From an uncultured Poribacteria bacterium (GTDB taxonomy: Bacteria; Poribacteria; WGA-4E; WGA-3G), in assembly GCA_958296135.2 (NCBI GenBank), contig CATQHZ020000001.1, positions 4,224,001 through 4,288,000 on the forward strand: a DNA stretch of 64,000 nucleotides. The letters run 5' to 3'. Within the stretch, counting starts at the first letter, position 1, and each line of letters starts with the position of its first letter. Below are positions 28,216 to 38,275 of the stretch, one piece after another. The notes beneath the pieces are model-generated. The model was not told where the DNA came from. It made no database searches and saw only the letters and a program-made list of their open reading frames with translations. A program made the translations under genes and the position numbers.

Positions 28216-31200
28216 ATGGCAAAACAGACAGAAAACCCGGTGACAAGTCAAATTGTTCCGTTATTACGCGAGATGTGTCCCGAATGGAAATTTGAAGAAC
28301 AGCAGCAACCGTTAAAAGGTAGCCGCCGGCAGCCCGATATCCTAGCGATGCGCAGAGGACATGAGACGGTTGCCATCGAGGCGAAGTGGAGCGATGCCAC
28401 CGCGCGTAACGGCGTAGCCCAAGTCCGCGAACGGTATCTGGGACGCACGTTGCTGCCCGAATTCGTCGGCGCGAGCCTGAAACTGAAATCGGCCATGGTA
28501 ATTAGATACCCGACACGCCTAAAGAAAAAGCCGGGTGCGGAGATACCAGCGGCTCTGCGGGCAGCGGATGACATTGAATCACTGCTCATCGGCGAAAGCC
28601 GGGGCGAATACTACGAATTCCCAAACCTCGGCTATGCCCGCGGCACCCTCGCCGACATGGCAAACGCCCTGAAAGTGGGCGCAGTGCCAAGCCAACACAT
28701 CGCCGAAGCAGCCGAGAAAATGGAGGCAGAAATTCAGGTTGCCGCGAAGTGGTTGAACGATGCTACCGAAGACAAGTCTATCATCGGCAACAAATTGGAT
28801 AACATCTTGGATCAGCACTACTGCGAGCAGACCGCGCGGATGGCATGCCTCATTATCACCAACGCGTTCGTCTTCCAGCACGCTGTCGCTGGAAAACCGC
28901 AAATGGAGTCAGTGCGGCCGCCTGCCCACTACAAGGTGAACGGCATCAAGTTGACAGAAGTGGTGGAAGATTGGGCGGCGATTCTCAAGGTGAACTACCA
29001 ACCCATTTTTAAGGATGCCCGCCGAATGCTGTCCGAAGCGTTCGTATACGATGAAGCGATGGCGAACAAGGTGCTTGAACAACTTTGCGATGCCGCATGC
29101 ACGCTAGTGGCATCCCACCTCCCCCAGATTCACGAGCTCGCCGGTGAGGTATTCCAGAGCCTGCTGATAGACAGGAAATACGTCAAGGCGAATTACACGC
29201 TCCCGACAAGCGCAACCTTGCTGGCCGCCTTGGTATGTCCGAACCTCCCAGACGATGGACGGTTACCGAAAGTAGCCGACTTCGCATGCGGAACAGGCGC
29301 GCTACTGAACGGTGTCTATAAGCGCATCCAACGCCTGTACGAAGAACGCACCGGCGAGAGCAGCATCGCTATCCATCGTGAAATGCTCGAAAACAATCTC
29401 GCAGGCTCGGACATCTACTCCCACTGCACCCACCTCACCTTCGCCGTAATGGCGAGCGCGCATCCAGAAGTAACACTCGGCGCGACCCGGGTCATCACCG
29501 CCCCATGTGGACAGCAAGCCGATGGGACATACAAAACCGGTTCGTTGGAATTGTTGGATAGCCAACTGCTGTTCGCCAATTTCGAGGCAGAGGCGGAGAT
29601 AGCGGGGGGCGACAGCGAGGCAACGGCGGAACTGAAGCGGACATTCCCACACGGCGAAATGGACATCGTCATCCAGAATCCGCCGTTTTTAACGTCTGGG
29701 GCGGATCCTAACTCTAGCGATCCGAAGCGCGTATTTGCGTCGGAAGGACGCAGTGATGCTGAACAGAAAGCGATGCTGAAGGAACTCGCATCAAAGGATA
29801 CTCGTGTTTCAAACGGTCAGGTTGCATATTCCTACTTCGTGGAACTTGCAGAACTGAAGTTACGGGATGGCGGCCGGATGGGAGTAATTCTTCCGGCGAC
29901 AATTTTAACGAGTGCTCTCTTCAGTAAGGTTCGTGAGATGTGGGCAACAGAGTACCACAACGTCGTCGTAATCACAATCGCCCAGAACGATGGACACGAC
30001 AGCGCATTTTCAGCCGACACGAGCATGGCGGAGTGCATGGTTATTGCCGACAAAGGCATCGGGAGAAACACGGGCAGAGCGACATTCGTCTGTTTATCCC
30101 AACGTCCCGATAGCACCCTAGCCGCACAAGCAGTATCCGATAGCATCCAGCGTCAACCGCTCTCTCGTCAGTTGGAGGATGACGCGCTGGGCGGTGATAA
30201 TTTGAAAGTTGGGGATGTCAGCATGGCGCAGGTGTTAGAATGTCCCATCGGTGCAGGCGAATGGGGCGTGTCCCGTGTGAAGTCCATGTCGTTGGCGCAA
30301 ATTGCCTACCAGTTACGTCAGGGACGCTTGCTGTTGCCGCAATTGATGGACGGAATTGACATCCCAATGTGTCCGTTGGGCGAGATTGGACAAGTCGGTG
30401 CAAGCCATCGCGACATCAAGGATAAGGATAAACGTGGTGCATTTGAGATGCACAGGTGCGAATCCAACGTGCAAGAAGGATATGATGCCCTGTGGAACTT
30501 GCAATACATAACGCCGCAACGTTCGATGCAAGTCGTGCCAGACCATAAGGCACAGATTAAGCCGCAGAACGTAGAAAAGGCACACAGAATTTTGCGTCAG
30601 CACAACAGCCGAACGCATTATCACCTGTATCTGGGATTTAATGCCAATTCGGTGTTGGCGCATTGGACCGAGGTTCCAGCGTTAGGAGTCAATCTCGTTA
30701 CCAATGTGAAGTTGGAAGACGTTCGTTACGACGCTGCGTGGACGCTGTGGACAAATTCGACGTTGGGAATGCTATGTCATTGGACGACAGCGGGGAAGCA
30801 ACATCCTGGACGTGGGACGTTGACGTTAATGACTCTCCCGAATGTTCCGACGCTGGATGTGCGTCAGTTATCCGCCGAGCAGTTACAAGCCGCCGAAGTG
30901 GTGTTCGCCGATGTGAAAGCCTATCGGATGAAGCCCTACAACGAGTGCGCGGACGATGCCTGGAGAGCGGTTCTTGATGCGCGGTTGCTGTCAGAGGTGC
31001 TAGGTATTACCGATGCAGCGACGCATCAGGCGATGCAACGGTTGCGTGAGATGCTGTCTGCTGAGCCGAGCATTGCTGGCACGAAGAAGGAACGGTGTTG
31101 CTACGCGAAAGATCGGAAAAAGGCGGTGCGCAGCGGTGTGCCTTACGCCTACGACGACGATGTGGAGGAGCGGGCGTTAGCAGCGGCGCAGGCTGAGTTA

Positions 31201-31227
31201 GCAGGGCGGGGCATCTATCTTCCCTGA
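28216..31227 (+). CDS. Type IIG-like fused restriction endonuclease / N6-adenine methyltransferase
   Basis: N-terminal PDI..VAIEAK nuclease motif; DFACGTG SAM motif; IQNPPF motif IV; C-terminal specificity-like region. Confidence 0.82.
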   Translation: MAKQTENPVTSQIVPLLREMCPEWKFEEQQQPLKGSRRQPDILAMRRGHETVAIEAKWSDATARNGVAQVRERYLGRTLLPEFVGASLKLKSAMVIRYPTRLKKKPGAEIPAALRAADDIESLLIGESRGEYYEFPNLGYARGTLADMANALKVGAVPSQHIAEAAEKMEAEIQVAAKWLNDATEDKSIIGNKLDNILDQHYCEQTARMACLIITNAFVFQHAVAGKPQMESVRPPAHYKVNGIKLTEVVEDWAAILKVNYQPIFKDARRMLSEAFVYDEAMANKVLEQLCDAACTLVASHLPQIHELAGEVFQSLLIDRKYVKANYTLPTSATLLAALVCPNLPDDGRLPKVADFACGTGALLNGVYKRIQRLYEERTGESSIAIHREMLENNLAGSDIYSHCTHLTFAVMASAHPEVTLGATRVITAPCGQQADGTYKTGSLELLDSQLLFANFEAEAEIAGGDSEATAELKRTFPHGEMDIVIQNPPFLTSGADPNSSDPKRVFASEGRSDAEQKAMLKELASKDTRVSNGQVAYSYFVELAELKLRDGGRMGVILPATILTSALFSKVREMWATEYHNVVVITIAQNDGHDSAFSADTSMAECMVIADKGIGRNTGRATFVCLSQRPDSTLAAQAVSDSIQRQPLSRQLEDDALGGDNLKVGDVSMAQVLECPIGAGEWGVSRVKSMSLAQIAYQLRQGRLLLPQLMDGIDIPMCPLGEIGQVGASHRDIKDKDKRGAFEMHRCESNVQEGYDALWNLQYITPQRSMQVVPDHKAQIKPQNVEKAHRILRQHNSRTHYHLYLGFNANSVLAHWTEVPALGVNLVTNVKLEDVRYDAAWTLWTNSTLGMLCHWTTAGKQHPGRGTLTLMTLPNVPTLDVRQLSAEQLQAAEVVFADVKAYRMKPYNECADDAWRAVLDARLLSEVLGITDAATHQAMQRLREMLSAEPSIAGTKKERCCYAKDRKKAVRSGVPYAYDDDVEERALAAAQAELAGRGIYLP

Positions 31228-31237
31228 GCCCTTCCTC

Positions 31238-31705
31238 CCGTAGGGTGAGGGCCTATCCCTCGCGAAACCGTCCCCTTCTACCGTAGCGCGAGGGCCTGTC
31301 CCTCGCGAATCGCCGAGGGAAACCCTCGCCATGCCGCCACCCTCGCGAAACCGCCACCCTCTACCGTAGCGCGAGGGCCTGTCCCTCGCGATCTCCCGAC
31401 CGTACCGCGCGGACCGTCACGCCTACATGGAAGCCAGCCTGCATTGCAGCGCAAAAGCAGGATAACCCCGCCCTCGCCATGCAGCGATCGCGGGGGACAG
31501 GCCCCCGCGCTACGGGCTCAGGCGCGTTTACTCCGCGCGACAACTCGCGGGGGACAGGCCCCCGCGCTACGGGCTCAGGCGCGTTTACTCCGCGCGACAA
31601 CTCGCGGGGGACAGGCCCCCGCGCTACAGGCTGGGGCGCGTTTACTCCGCGCAACGCATCGCGGGGGACAGGCCCCCGCGCTACGGGCTCAGGCGCGTTT
31701 ACTTC
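31238..31705. repeat. REP/REPIN-like cluster with 57-bp tandem repeat (about 4 units)
   Basis: TCGCGGGGGACAGGCCCCCGCGCTACGGGCTCAGGCGCGTTTACTCCGCGCGACAAC repeated at 31488-31703. Confidence 0.8.
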
Positions 31706-31733
31706 TGCGTAGGGTGCGGGTTGGTATTAGCAC

Positions 31734-31774
31734 AAAGCCCCTGTCCCCCAAACAGATTGGGGGACAGGGGCTTT
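31734..31774 (-). terminator. Rho-independent terminator-like hairpin
   Basis: AAAGCCCCTGTCCCCCAA-acaga-TTGGGGGACAGGGGCTTT downstream of the 31820-32329 gene. Confidence 0.7.
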
Positions 31775-31819
31775 CAGGAACTTTCGGGGTTGCCTTGTTG
31801 GGCAGTCGTTCGCTTCGCG

Positions 31820-32329
31820 CTAACGGCCGCCGCCACCACCGCCGCGGCGGTTGCCACCGCCACCCCAGCGGTTCATGCGTTGTGCTTGTTCCGTCTGGCG
31901 TTTCTTCGTCATGGCGTTGAGCTTCGTCATCTGTTCTTCTGACAAAACCTCTTTAAGTGCCATCTGGAATTCGCCACCGACTTTTCCAGCGATAGCCATC
32001 ATGCTTTGCCGCATCTGCTGCCGGTCGCCGGATGCCTGTAACTTCTTGAGCTCCGCGCCAAATTCATCACGGGCGTTCTGATAGACAGGGCGCGCCTTCA
32101 GGAGCGTCTCATCGTCCACCTTCAGGATGAACGTCAAGTCTGTCCAAGAGTTATCAACGATGGAGGTGGGGTTCATCATTCCCCCCATCATGCCGCGTCC
32201 GCCGCGTTCGCCGCGTTCACCGCGTTCGCTTCTCTCCGGCCGCTGTGCCGAAGTGGCGAAGTCAAAAACAAACATACCGACGATTGCGATGACAGCAATC
32301 GCGCCAAGTGTCAACCATTTCTGCTTCAT
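31820..32329 (-). CDS. Exported helical protein with Gly/Arg-rich tails (Spy/CpxP-like)
   Basis: Signal peptide; ERG repeats; VLSEEQ motif resembling LTxxQ. Confidence 0.6.
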   Translation of the reverse strand: MKQKWLTLGAIAVIAIVGMFVFDFATSAQRPERSERGERGERGGRGMMGGMMNPTSIVDNSWTDLTFILKVDDETLLKARPVYQNARDEFGAELKKLQASGDRQQMRQSMMAIAGKVGGEFQMALKEVLSEEQMTKLNAMTKKRQTEQAQRMNRWGGGGNRRGGGGGGR

Positions 32330-32597
32330 TTTCTTCTCTCCTTACTTGTTATTATGAACGCCTGCCGAGTTGCAAAAGAACGGATGCCGAACAAACCCCG
32401 TGGGCTCGCTTTTAACCGCGCCTACCGACCCGGCGTTTTCGGCATTTGCGTTCATCCTGTGCAAATGAACTTCCTCGCATAGGCGTTCCGATTTGGGTTT
32501 CGTCTCTTTAGATAGATATGTTAGGAAAAGGTTCGTCTTTTTTTATTTAGACAGACTCGGCACGCCTACGGGAAATGGGGCGCGCAAACTAGAAAAA

Positions 32598-32626
32598 TTG
32601 ACATCCCATAATTTTTATAGTATAAT
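32598..32626 (+). promoter_or_regulatory. Consensus sigma70 promoter upstream of murB
   Basis: TTGACA-N17-TATAAT. Confidence 0.7.
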
Positions 32627-32795
32627 TTTCCCCAAAATGCTAAAATTGTTTGTCACGCTTATGTCACGCCTACCACAGCTACAAGGAGATTGCTGTAAAA
32701 ACCGCGCTTATATGACTTAGGAAAAGTGGATAGCACGTGAGACGTAATCTTGGAAATCCTGATTAACGTCTTAAAAGGAGGCAACAAACATCCAG

Positions 32796-33716
32796 ATGGA
32801 AAACAGAACGGAAAATTGGAAAGACGCACTCGCACACATCCTCCAGAGTCCAAGTTCACGACTCCGATTGGCGGAACCGTTATCCAAACATACCCACTTC
32901 GGCATCGGCGGCGAAGCAGATGCCTACTTTGAGGTGAGCACACTCGCAGAATTGGTAGCCCTAGCACGGTTTCATCGCCAGTGGCGTATCCCTGTCGCCG
33001 TCATCGGGCGCGGTTCCAATCTACTCGTGAGTGACGCAGGATTCAACGGCATCGGCATCCGCCTCATCGGCGCACTCGCGCAATTAACAGTTGATGGAAA
33101 CACCGTGTCAGTCGGCGCGGGCGTGTCGCTGCCGCGGCTCTCAAAAGCGATGTCACGCCGCGGGTTGAGCGGCGTTGAATTCGCCCTCGGCATCCCCGGC
33201 TCCGTCGGCGGCGCGCTCATTATGAACGCCGGCGCATGGGGCAGCAGCTTCGGCGACATCGTCACGAACGTCACCGTCATGCACGACACCGGCGAACTCA
33301 CCGAACTCTCTCACGCCCAAGCACGATTTGAATACCGGCACAGCGGATTAACCGAATATTTCTGTGTGACAGGCGCGACGCTCGCCCTTGAACCGGGGGA
33401 TGCTGAAACGATAACCGAACGGATGCAAGCCTTCTACAAACAAAAGGTCGCGACGCAACCCTTCGCCGAAGAGAATGCAGGGTGTATGTTCAAAAACCCA
33501 CCCGGCGATTCGGCGGGAAGACTGATCGACGCATGCGGATTGAAAGGCCACCGCATCGGCGGAGCGGAGGTATCAACGGTTCACGGGAATTTCATCCTCA
33601 ACAGTGACAACGCAACGGCGGCGGATGTGCTCAATCTCGTCGCGCACATCCAACAACAGGTAAAGGAAAAGACCGGTGTCTCCCTCCAAACCGAGGTGAA
33701 ACGGTTAGGTTTTTAG
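32796..33716 (+). CDS. murB: UDP-N-acetylmuramate dehydrogenase
   Basis: HTHFGIGG, GRGSNLLVSD, GIPGSVGGALIMNAGA, FKNP, HGNFI. Confidence 0.95.
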   Translation: MENRTENWKDALAHILQSPSSRLRLAEPLSKHTHFGIGGEADAYFEVSTLAELVALARFHRQWRIPVAVIGRGSNLLVSDAGFNGIGIRLIGALAQLTVDGNTVSVGAGVSLPRLSKAMSRRGLSGVEFALGIPGSVGGALIMNAGAWGSSFGDIVTNVTVMHDTGELTELSHAQARFEYRHSGLTEYFCVTGATLALEPGDAETITERMQAFYKQKVATQPFAEENAGCMFKNPPGDSAGRLIDACGLKGHRIGGAEVSTVHGNFILNSDNATAADVLNLVAHIQQQVKEKTGVSLQTEVKRLGF

Positions 33717-34127
33717 TATTGGCGCAAGGCGTTCGTTTAGCATCCCTATTTGAACGACGTTTGTCTTACGTCATCCGCATGCGCCGTTGTTGCATGCTGC
33801 GTTTCATGTTTTTCGTCCGTAGGCAGTGCTTTAGCAAAGCCAGTTGTCATCCCAGCCCCCCGTAGGAGAGACCTCCTGGTCTCGATGCCTTCTCCCTGTC
33901 TCGATGCTTTTCCCCGTAGGTTTTTAGTATTGGCGCAAGGCGTTCGTTTAGCATCCCTATTTGGACGACGTTTGGCTTACGTCATCCGCATGCGCCGTTG
34001 TTGCATGCTGCGTTTCATGTTTTTCGTCCGTAGGCAGTGCTTTAGCAAAGCCAGTTGTCATCCCAGCCCCCCGTAGGAGAGACCTCCTGGTCTCGATGCC
34101 TTCTCCCTGTCTCGATGCTTTTCCCCG
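33706..34127 (+). repeat. 211-bp tandem duplication (murB 3' end plus REP)
   Basis: TAGGTTTTTAGTATTGGCGCAAGG... starts at 33706 and 33917. Confidence 0.85.
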
Positions 34128-34202
34128 TAGGAGAAACCTCTGGTCTCGATGCTCCCTGTCTCGCCTGTCCCCGCTTGCATATCTGGGAAACATTAAAAAA
34201 AC

Positions 34203-34232
34203 TTGACATTAACCCAGCATTGCGTGTATAAT
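34203..34232 (+). promoter_or_regulatory. Near-consensus sigma70 promoter
   Basis: TTGACA-N18-TATAAT. Confidence 0.6.
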
Positions 34233-34324
34233 TATTTATTGTTCCTAAGTAGTGATTTGACTCAAGAACAGTTAACTTAACAGGCCTTTATGGTTCTGTT
34301 ACTAACTAACACGAGGTGTGAATT

Positions 34325-34996
34325 ATGAATAAAGAAGACCTTATTCTCCAAAAACTTGAGGAGATGGCGGCGCAGCAACAGGAGATGGCGGCGCAGCAAC
34401 AGGAGATGGTGGCGCAGCAACAGGCTCGGGATGCTGCGGAGGCTGCACGGATAGCAAACTTAGAGTCTGAGGTGAAGGAAACCCGCGCGGAGGTAACGGA
34501 AACCCGCGGCGAGGTAAAGGAAACCCAGGCGGAGGTAAAGGAAACTCGCGGCGAGGTAAAGGAAACTCGCGAGGAACTCCACGAAACCCGCAACGTAGTC
34601 ACGGAGACGCAGGCGGAGGTAAAGGAAACCCGCGACGTAGTCACGGAGACGCAGTACGAGGTGAAGACTGTCCAAAAAGACCTGGGAACTACCCACGATG
34701 CGTTGAACCAAACCCGCGGCGAGGTGAAGCGAAACCAGTCTAGCCTCCAGGCAGTCTTGGAAGACACCGGAAACATGAAGGTTAACGACGCGGAACTCAA
34801 GGGCGAGCTGCATGCACTAGATACCAAACTGACAGGCATGGTAGAGGCCTTGGAGCAACGAGTCAGTACCTTTATCGCTAACCTGCGCGAGCGGAAACTT
34901 GACACCGACGAACGCTGGAAAATCGGTGGACTTGTCGCCACCGCCTGCATCGCTGCCGCCTCTATGGTTCTCTCTCTTATCACCTTTTTCAAGTGA
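34325..34996 (+). CDS. Heptad-repeat coiled-coil protein with C-terminal membrane anchor
   Basis: (EMAAQQQ)x3 and (EVKETRG)n from 21-nt repeats; hydrophobic C-terminus; RBS GAGGTG. Confidence 0.75.
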   Translation: MNKEDLILQKLEEMAAQQQEMAAQQQEMVAQQQARDAAEAARIANLESEVKETRAEVTETRGEVKETQAEVKETRGEVKETREELHETRNVVTETQAEVKETRDVVTETQYEVKTVQKDLGTTHDALNQTRGEVKRNQSSLQAVLEDTGNMKVNDAELKGELHALDTKLTGMVEALEQRVSTFIANLRERKLDTDERWKIGGLVATACIAAASMVLSLITFFK

Positions 34997-35147
34997 CCGG
35001 CACCGGCACGCGGTGCCATTAGGACGGACACCGAACCAACCCCGTAGGCGCGCTTAAAAAGCGCGCCTACCGAACGGGCGTTTTCGGAATTTGCGTCCGT
35101 CCTGTTCATTAGCCGCTCTATCGGAATCGGTGCTTTTCCTTCGCTCG

Positions 35148-36335
35148 CTAGGGCCGGATAACCGTTCCATCTCTCCGGCGCACAGGAGCCCAGCCACCGT
35201 TGAGCGGATGTTCCGGGAACGGGAATCGCGCTGCGAGTGCCTCATCAAGATCCATGCCAAGCCCAGGGGCCTCTGTCGCCCAATAACAGCCATCGCGAAT
35301 TTCGGGGCAGCCGGGAAAGACTGCTTTCGTCTTTTCCCCGAAAACGTGCTGCTCCTGAATGCCAAAATTATAGCACGCTAAATCCAAAGCGACGTTCGCA
35401 GCATGTCCCACAGGCGACACATCCCCCGGGCCGTGCCACGCCGTGCGCACACCGAAAAACTCGCAGAACGCCGCCAACTTCCGTGCCGGACTGATGCCGC
35501 CTATTTGCGAAATATGCACGCGGATGAAATCGATGAGCCGGTCTTTGATAAGGTGGACGTATTCGTTCGGATTGTTGAACAACTCACCCATCGCAATCGG
35601 TGTGCTAGTCTGCTGACGCATCAGTTGAAAGTAGTCGACATCCTCTGGCGCAAACGGATCTTCAAGGAAAAAGAGGTGATACGGCTCCAATGCTTTCGCC
35701 AGATTAATCGCCTGAATCGGCGGAATTCGTTCGTGGACATCGTGGAGGAGCTCCACTTCGTCGCCTAACCGCTCACGCAAATGTGCGAACAACTTGATAA
35801 CGGTATTGACATAAGGTGTCGGTTCAAAGGCAGGCGTGCCGCCGCCAGCTGCACCGTAAGTGGCATAGCCGGGGATTGCCACCTGCGAGCGAACGTAGCG
35901 ATACCCCTGCGCCATATAACGCCGAATGTTCTCCTCAACTTCCTGGAAATCGCTACCCCCGGCGTGCGCATAGAGGGGAACTGCCTCCCGGCACTTCCCA
36001 CCGAGCAGTTGATAGACAGGCATCCCCGCGCGTTTGCCCATGATGTCCCACAACGCGATATCTACACCGCTGAGCGCGTTGTTTAACACAGGGCCATTGC
36101 GCCAATAGGAACTGACAAAGCTGGTCTGGAAGATATCCTCGATGTTACTCGGGTCTTTCCCGATTAGGAACGGTTTGAGGTATTCATCAACAGCGGTTGC
36201 GACAGCGAGCGGACGTTGCGTAAACGTCGCGCACCCGAGCCCGTATAACCCCGGTTCACTTGTCTCAACTTTGACAACCACGAGGCGGATGCCATCGGGT
36301 GCCGTCAAAATGGTTTTCACGTTCGTGATTTTCAA
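35148..36335 (-). CDS. Enolase-superfamily dehydratase (RspA/ManD mannonate dehydratase-like)
   Basis: GLGCATFTQR, YWRNGP, LLHDVHER, FFLEDP, MGELF, WHGPGDVSP, NFGIQE. Confidence 0.9.
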   Translation of the reverse strand: MKITNVKTILTAPDGIRLVVVKVETSEPGLYGLGCATFTQRPLAVATAVDEYLKPFLIGKDPSNIEDIFQTSFVSSYWRNGPVLNNALSGVDIALWDIMGKRAGMPVYQLLGGKCREAVPLYAHAGGSDFQEVEENIRRYMAQGYRYVRSQVAIPGYATYGAAGGGTPAFEPTPYVNTVIKLFAHLRERLGDEVELLHDVHERIPPIQAINLAKALEPYHLFFLEDPFAPEDVDYFQLMRQQTSTPIAMGELFNNPNEYVHLIKDRLIDFIRVHISQIGGISPARKLAAFCEFFGVRTAWHGPGDVSPVGHAANVALDLACYNFGIQEQHVFGEKTKAVFPGCPEIRDGCYWATEAPGLGMDLDEALAARFPFPEHPLNGGWAPVRRRDGTVIRP

Positions 36336-36375
36336 AATAGCTATTCTCCTGAAGTGTAGCGAACCTAATTTGCGG

Positions 36376-37323
36376 CTATGAGGTAAGCAGCTCCGCCGCT
36401 TCTCTCAGCCTCTCGGGGAAACCAAACGGAAACGCTTGGGGTGCTAAGATGAGTGCCGCTTTTCCCAAGGGGGTTATCTCACAAAAGCCATCGTCGGTTG
36501 ACGTTACCAGTTTGCACCTTTCTAACCGAGTCATTTGCCGGCCGCAGTTTTTGCGCCACGGTATCGCGCCGCTGGGATAGACATCCGTTCTGAGGCGGGT
36601 CACAAGCGTATCTATCACAACCTGCTTGGGCACACTCGCCCTGTCAGCGATATGCTGCAGTAGCACACGCTCCATTTCACCCCGGGGCAATTGAAACGTA
36701 TCCAAGAAAGCAGCGTCAATCGCCGCGGGTGGATCGTGCAGAACTTCCCGTCCAAGGGCTGTGATTTGGTAAACCCCGGCTTCGGTGTTATCAATGAAAT
36801 CCACACCGATGAGAGCCTTGCGGGCATCTCCCCAACGTCGGTTCCACCTGAGCCCACAACTCGGCAAGGTAGCGCGTTGTTGCGCCGGCGTAATTGCAAA
36901 GCGCGCCGTTACCGCTGCGCGCAACGCAAGGTAGTGATAGCTCTCCCCATCTGCAACATGCAGAAGGAGCACAGGAAGAATTGCATCAACACTAGGCAGC
37001 TTAAACTGCCGCCAAAAAGCGGAATTGATTGCCGCCGGCGGTCGGCTTAAAACATAAAGCCCGCGTTCGGTGATGTGATAAGTCCCATACCTCTTTGACG
37101 GGGTGAACGCCACTAACCCTTCCTCATGGAGCGTGTGCAAAATTGTCAATAGGCGCGCGCCAAACTTATTCACACCGTTCGGCTTTAATGCATTCTTATC
37201 GGCATCTGTTAGCGAAAAGTGCTGCGTTAATCCACTTTTCACTTCAGACTGGAGATATTCTCGCCCATCAGCAATGTGTTGAAGGAGCGGAAGTCTCATT
37301 TCTCGACAACTAGGTATGGCCAT
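36376..37323 (-). CDS. Protein of three tandem Mrr_N-like winged-helix domains, no nuclease domain seen
   Basis: Repeats IPS..MRLPLLQHIADG..YHITERG / LPS..LPVLLLHVADG..YQITALG / ..VLLQHIADR..CEITPLG. Confidence 0.7.
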   Translation of the reverse strand: MAIPSCREMRLPLLQHIADGREYLQSEVKSGLTQHFSLTDADKNALKPNGVNKFGARLLTILHTLHEEGLVAFTPSKRYGTYHITERGLYVLSRPPAAINSAFWRQFKLPSVDAILPVLLLHVADGESYHYLALRAAVTARFAITPAQQRATLPSCGLRWNRRWGDARKALIGVDFIDNTEAGVYQITALGREVLHDPPAAIDAAFLDTFQLPRGEMERVLLQHIADRASVPKQVVIDTLVTRLRTDVYPSGAIPWRKNCGRQMTRLERCKLVTSTDDGFCEITPLGKAALILAPQAFPFGFPERLREAAELLTS

Positions 37324-37502
37324 TTTGCATAGTCTCCTCGTCCATAAGGACATTTTTTACAGTCTACCAACTCGGACGTGACATGTCAAACGAAACCGAA
37401 AGTGAAAAATAATTTGATTTTCCGCGAGATATGCTGTATAATTGCTTAAACGCATCGATACAAACGTTCTTAACAAAAAACATAAACTCGGAGGTATGCC
37501 TC

Positions 37503-38198
37503 ATGTTTTTCGGTTTTTTCGACCCGCTCTATTTCGTCTTCCTCGCGCCAGGGCTCGCCTTATCCCTATATGCGACATTCAAAACGAAGCGGACGTTCTC
37601 AAAATACTCGCAAGTTGGCTCGCGAAGCGGCATGACCGGGGCGCAAGCCGCCGCACTCATGCTACAACGAAACGGCATCCACGGAGTCAGCATTGAACGC
37701 ACAAGCGGATGGCTGAGCGACCACTACGACCCGGGCCCCAAAGCCCTCCGTTTGTCGGAAGATGTCTATTCAAGTCAGTCGTTATCCGCAATAGGTGTCG
37801 CCTGCCACGAAGCGGGACACGCAATTCAGGACAAGAGCAACTACGGTATGCTGAGCCTCCGCACCGCCCTCGTCCCCGCGACAAACTTCAGCTCAATGGC
37901 ATCTTATATCCTCATCATGATAGGCTTTTTCATCCAACCTTTTTTGTTGCTAGGCGTAGGGTTGTTTGCAGTCGGTGTGGTGTTTTCGCTGATAACGCTC
38001 CCCGTCGAATGGGATGCCAGCAAACGCGCCAAAATCGCCATGGATGAGGCAGGACTGCTCTCACCCACAGAAAGTCGAGATGCCGGCAAAGTGCTGAACG
38101 CTGCCTTCTTAACCTATCTGGCGGCCGCCGTGACGAGTCTGCTCACCTTGGTCTATTATCTGTTCCGGCTCGGCATCTTGGGCGGTGGCGATGAATAA
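37503..38198 (+). CDS. YugP-like membrane zinc metallopeptidase
   Basis: LSDHYDP, VACHEAGHAIQ, TLPVEWDASKRA, VLNAAFLTY. Confidence 0.9.
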   Translation: MFFGFFDPLYFVFLAPGLALSLYATFKTKRTFSKYSQVGSRSGMTGAQAAALMLQRNGIHGVSIERTSGWLSDHYDPGPKALRLSEDVYSSQSLSAIGVACHEAGHAIQDKSNYGMLSLRTALVPATNFSSMASYILIMIGFFIQPFLLLGVGLFAVGVVFSLITLPVEWDASKRAKIAMDEAGLLSPTESRDAGKVLNAAFLTYLAAAVTSLLTLVYYLFRLGILGGGDE

Positions 38199-38275
38199 CG
38201 TTCGCTTTTCTTAAACGCCCAGTGGCCCATAGGGCGGGGGCCTGTCCCCCGCCCTACGTTCTTGACATGCAACGA

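Noticed and set aside
34306-35109. Minus-strand 267-aa ORF
   Set aside because: Antisense of the repeat coiled-coil gene, which has the promoter and RBS.
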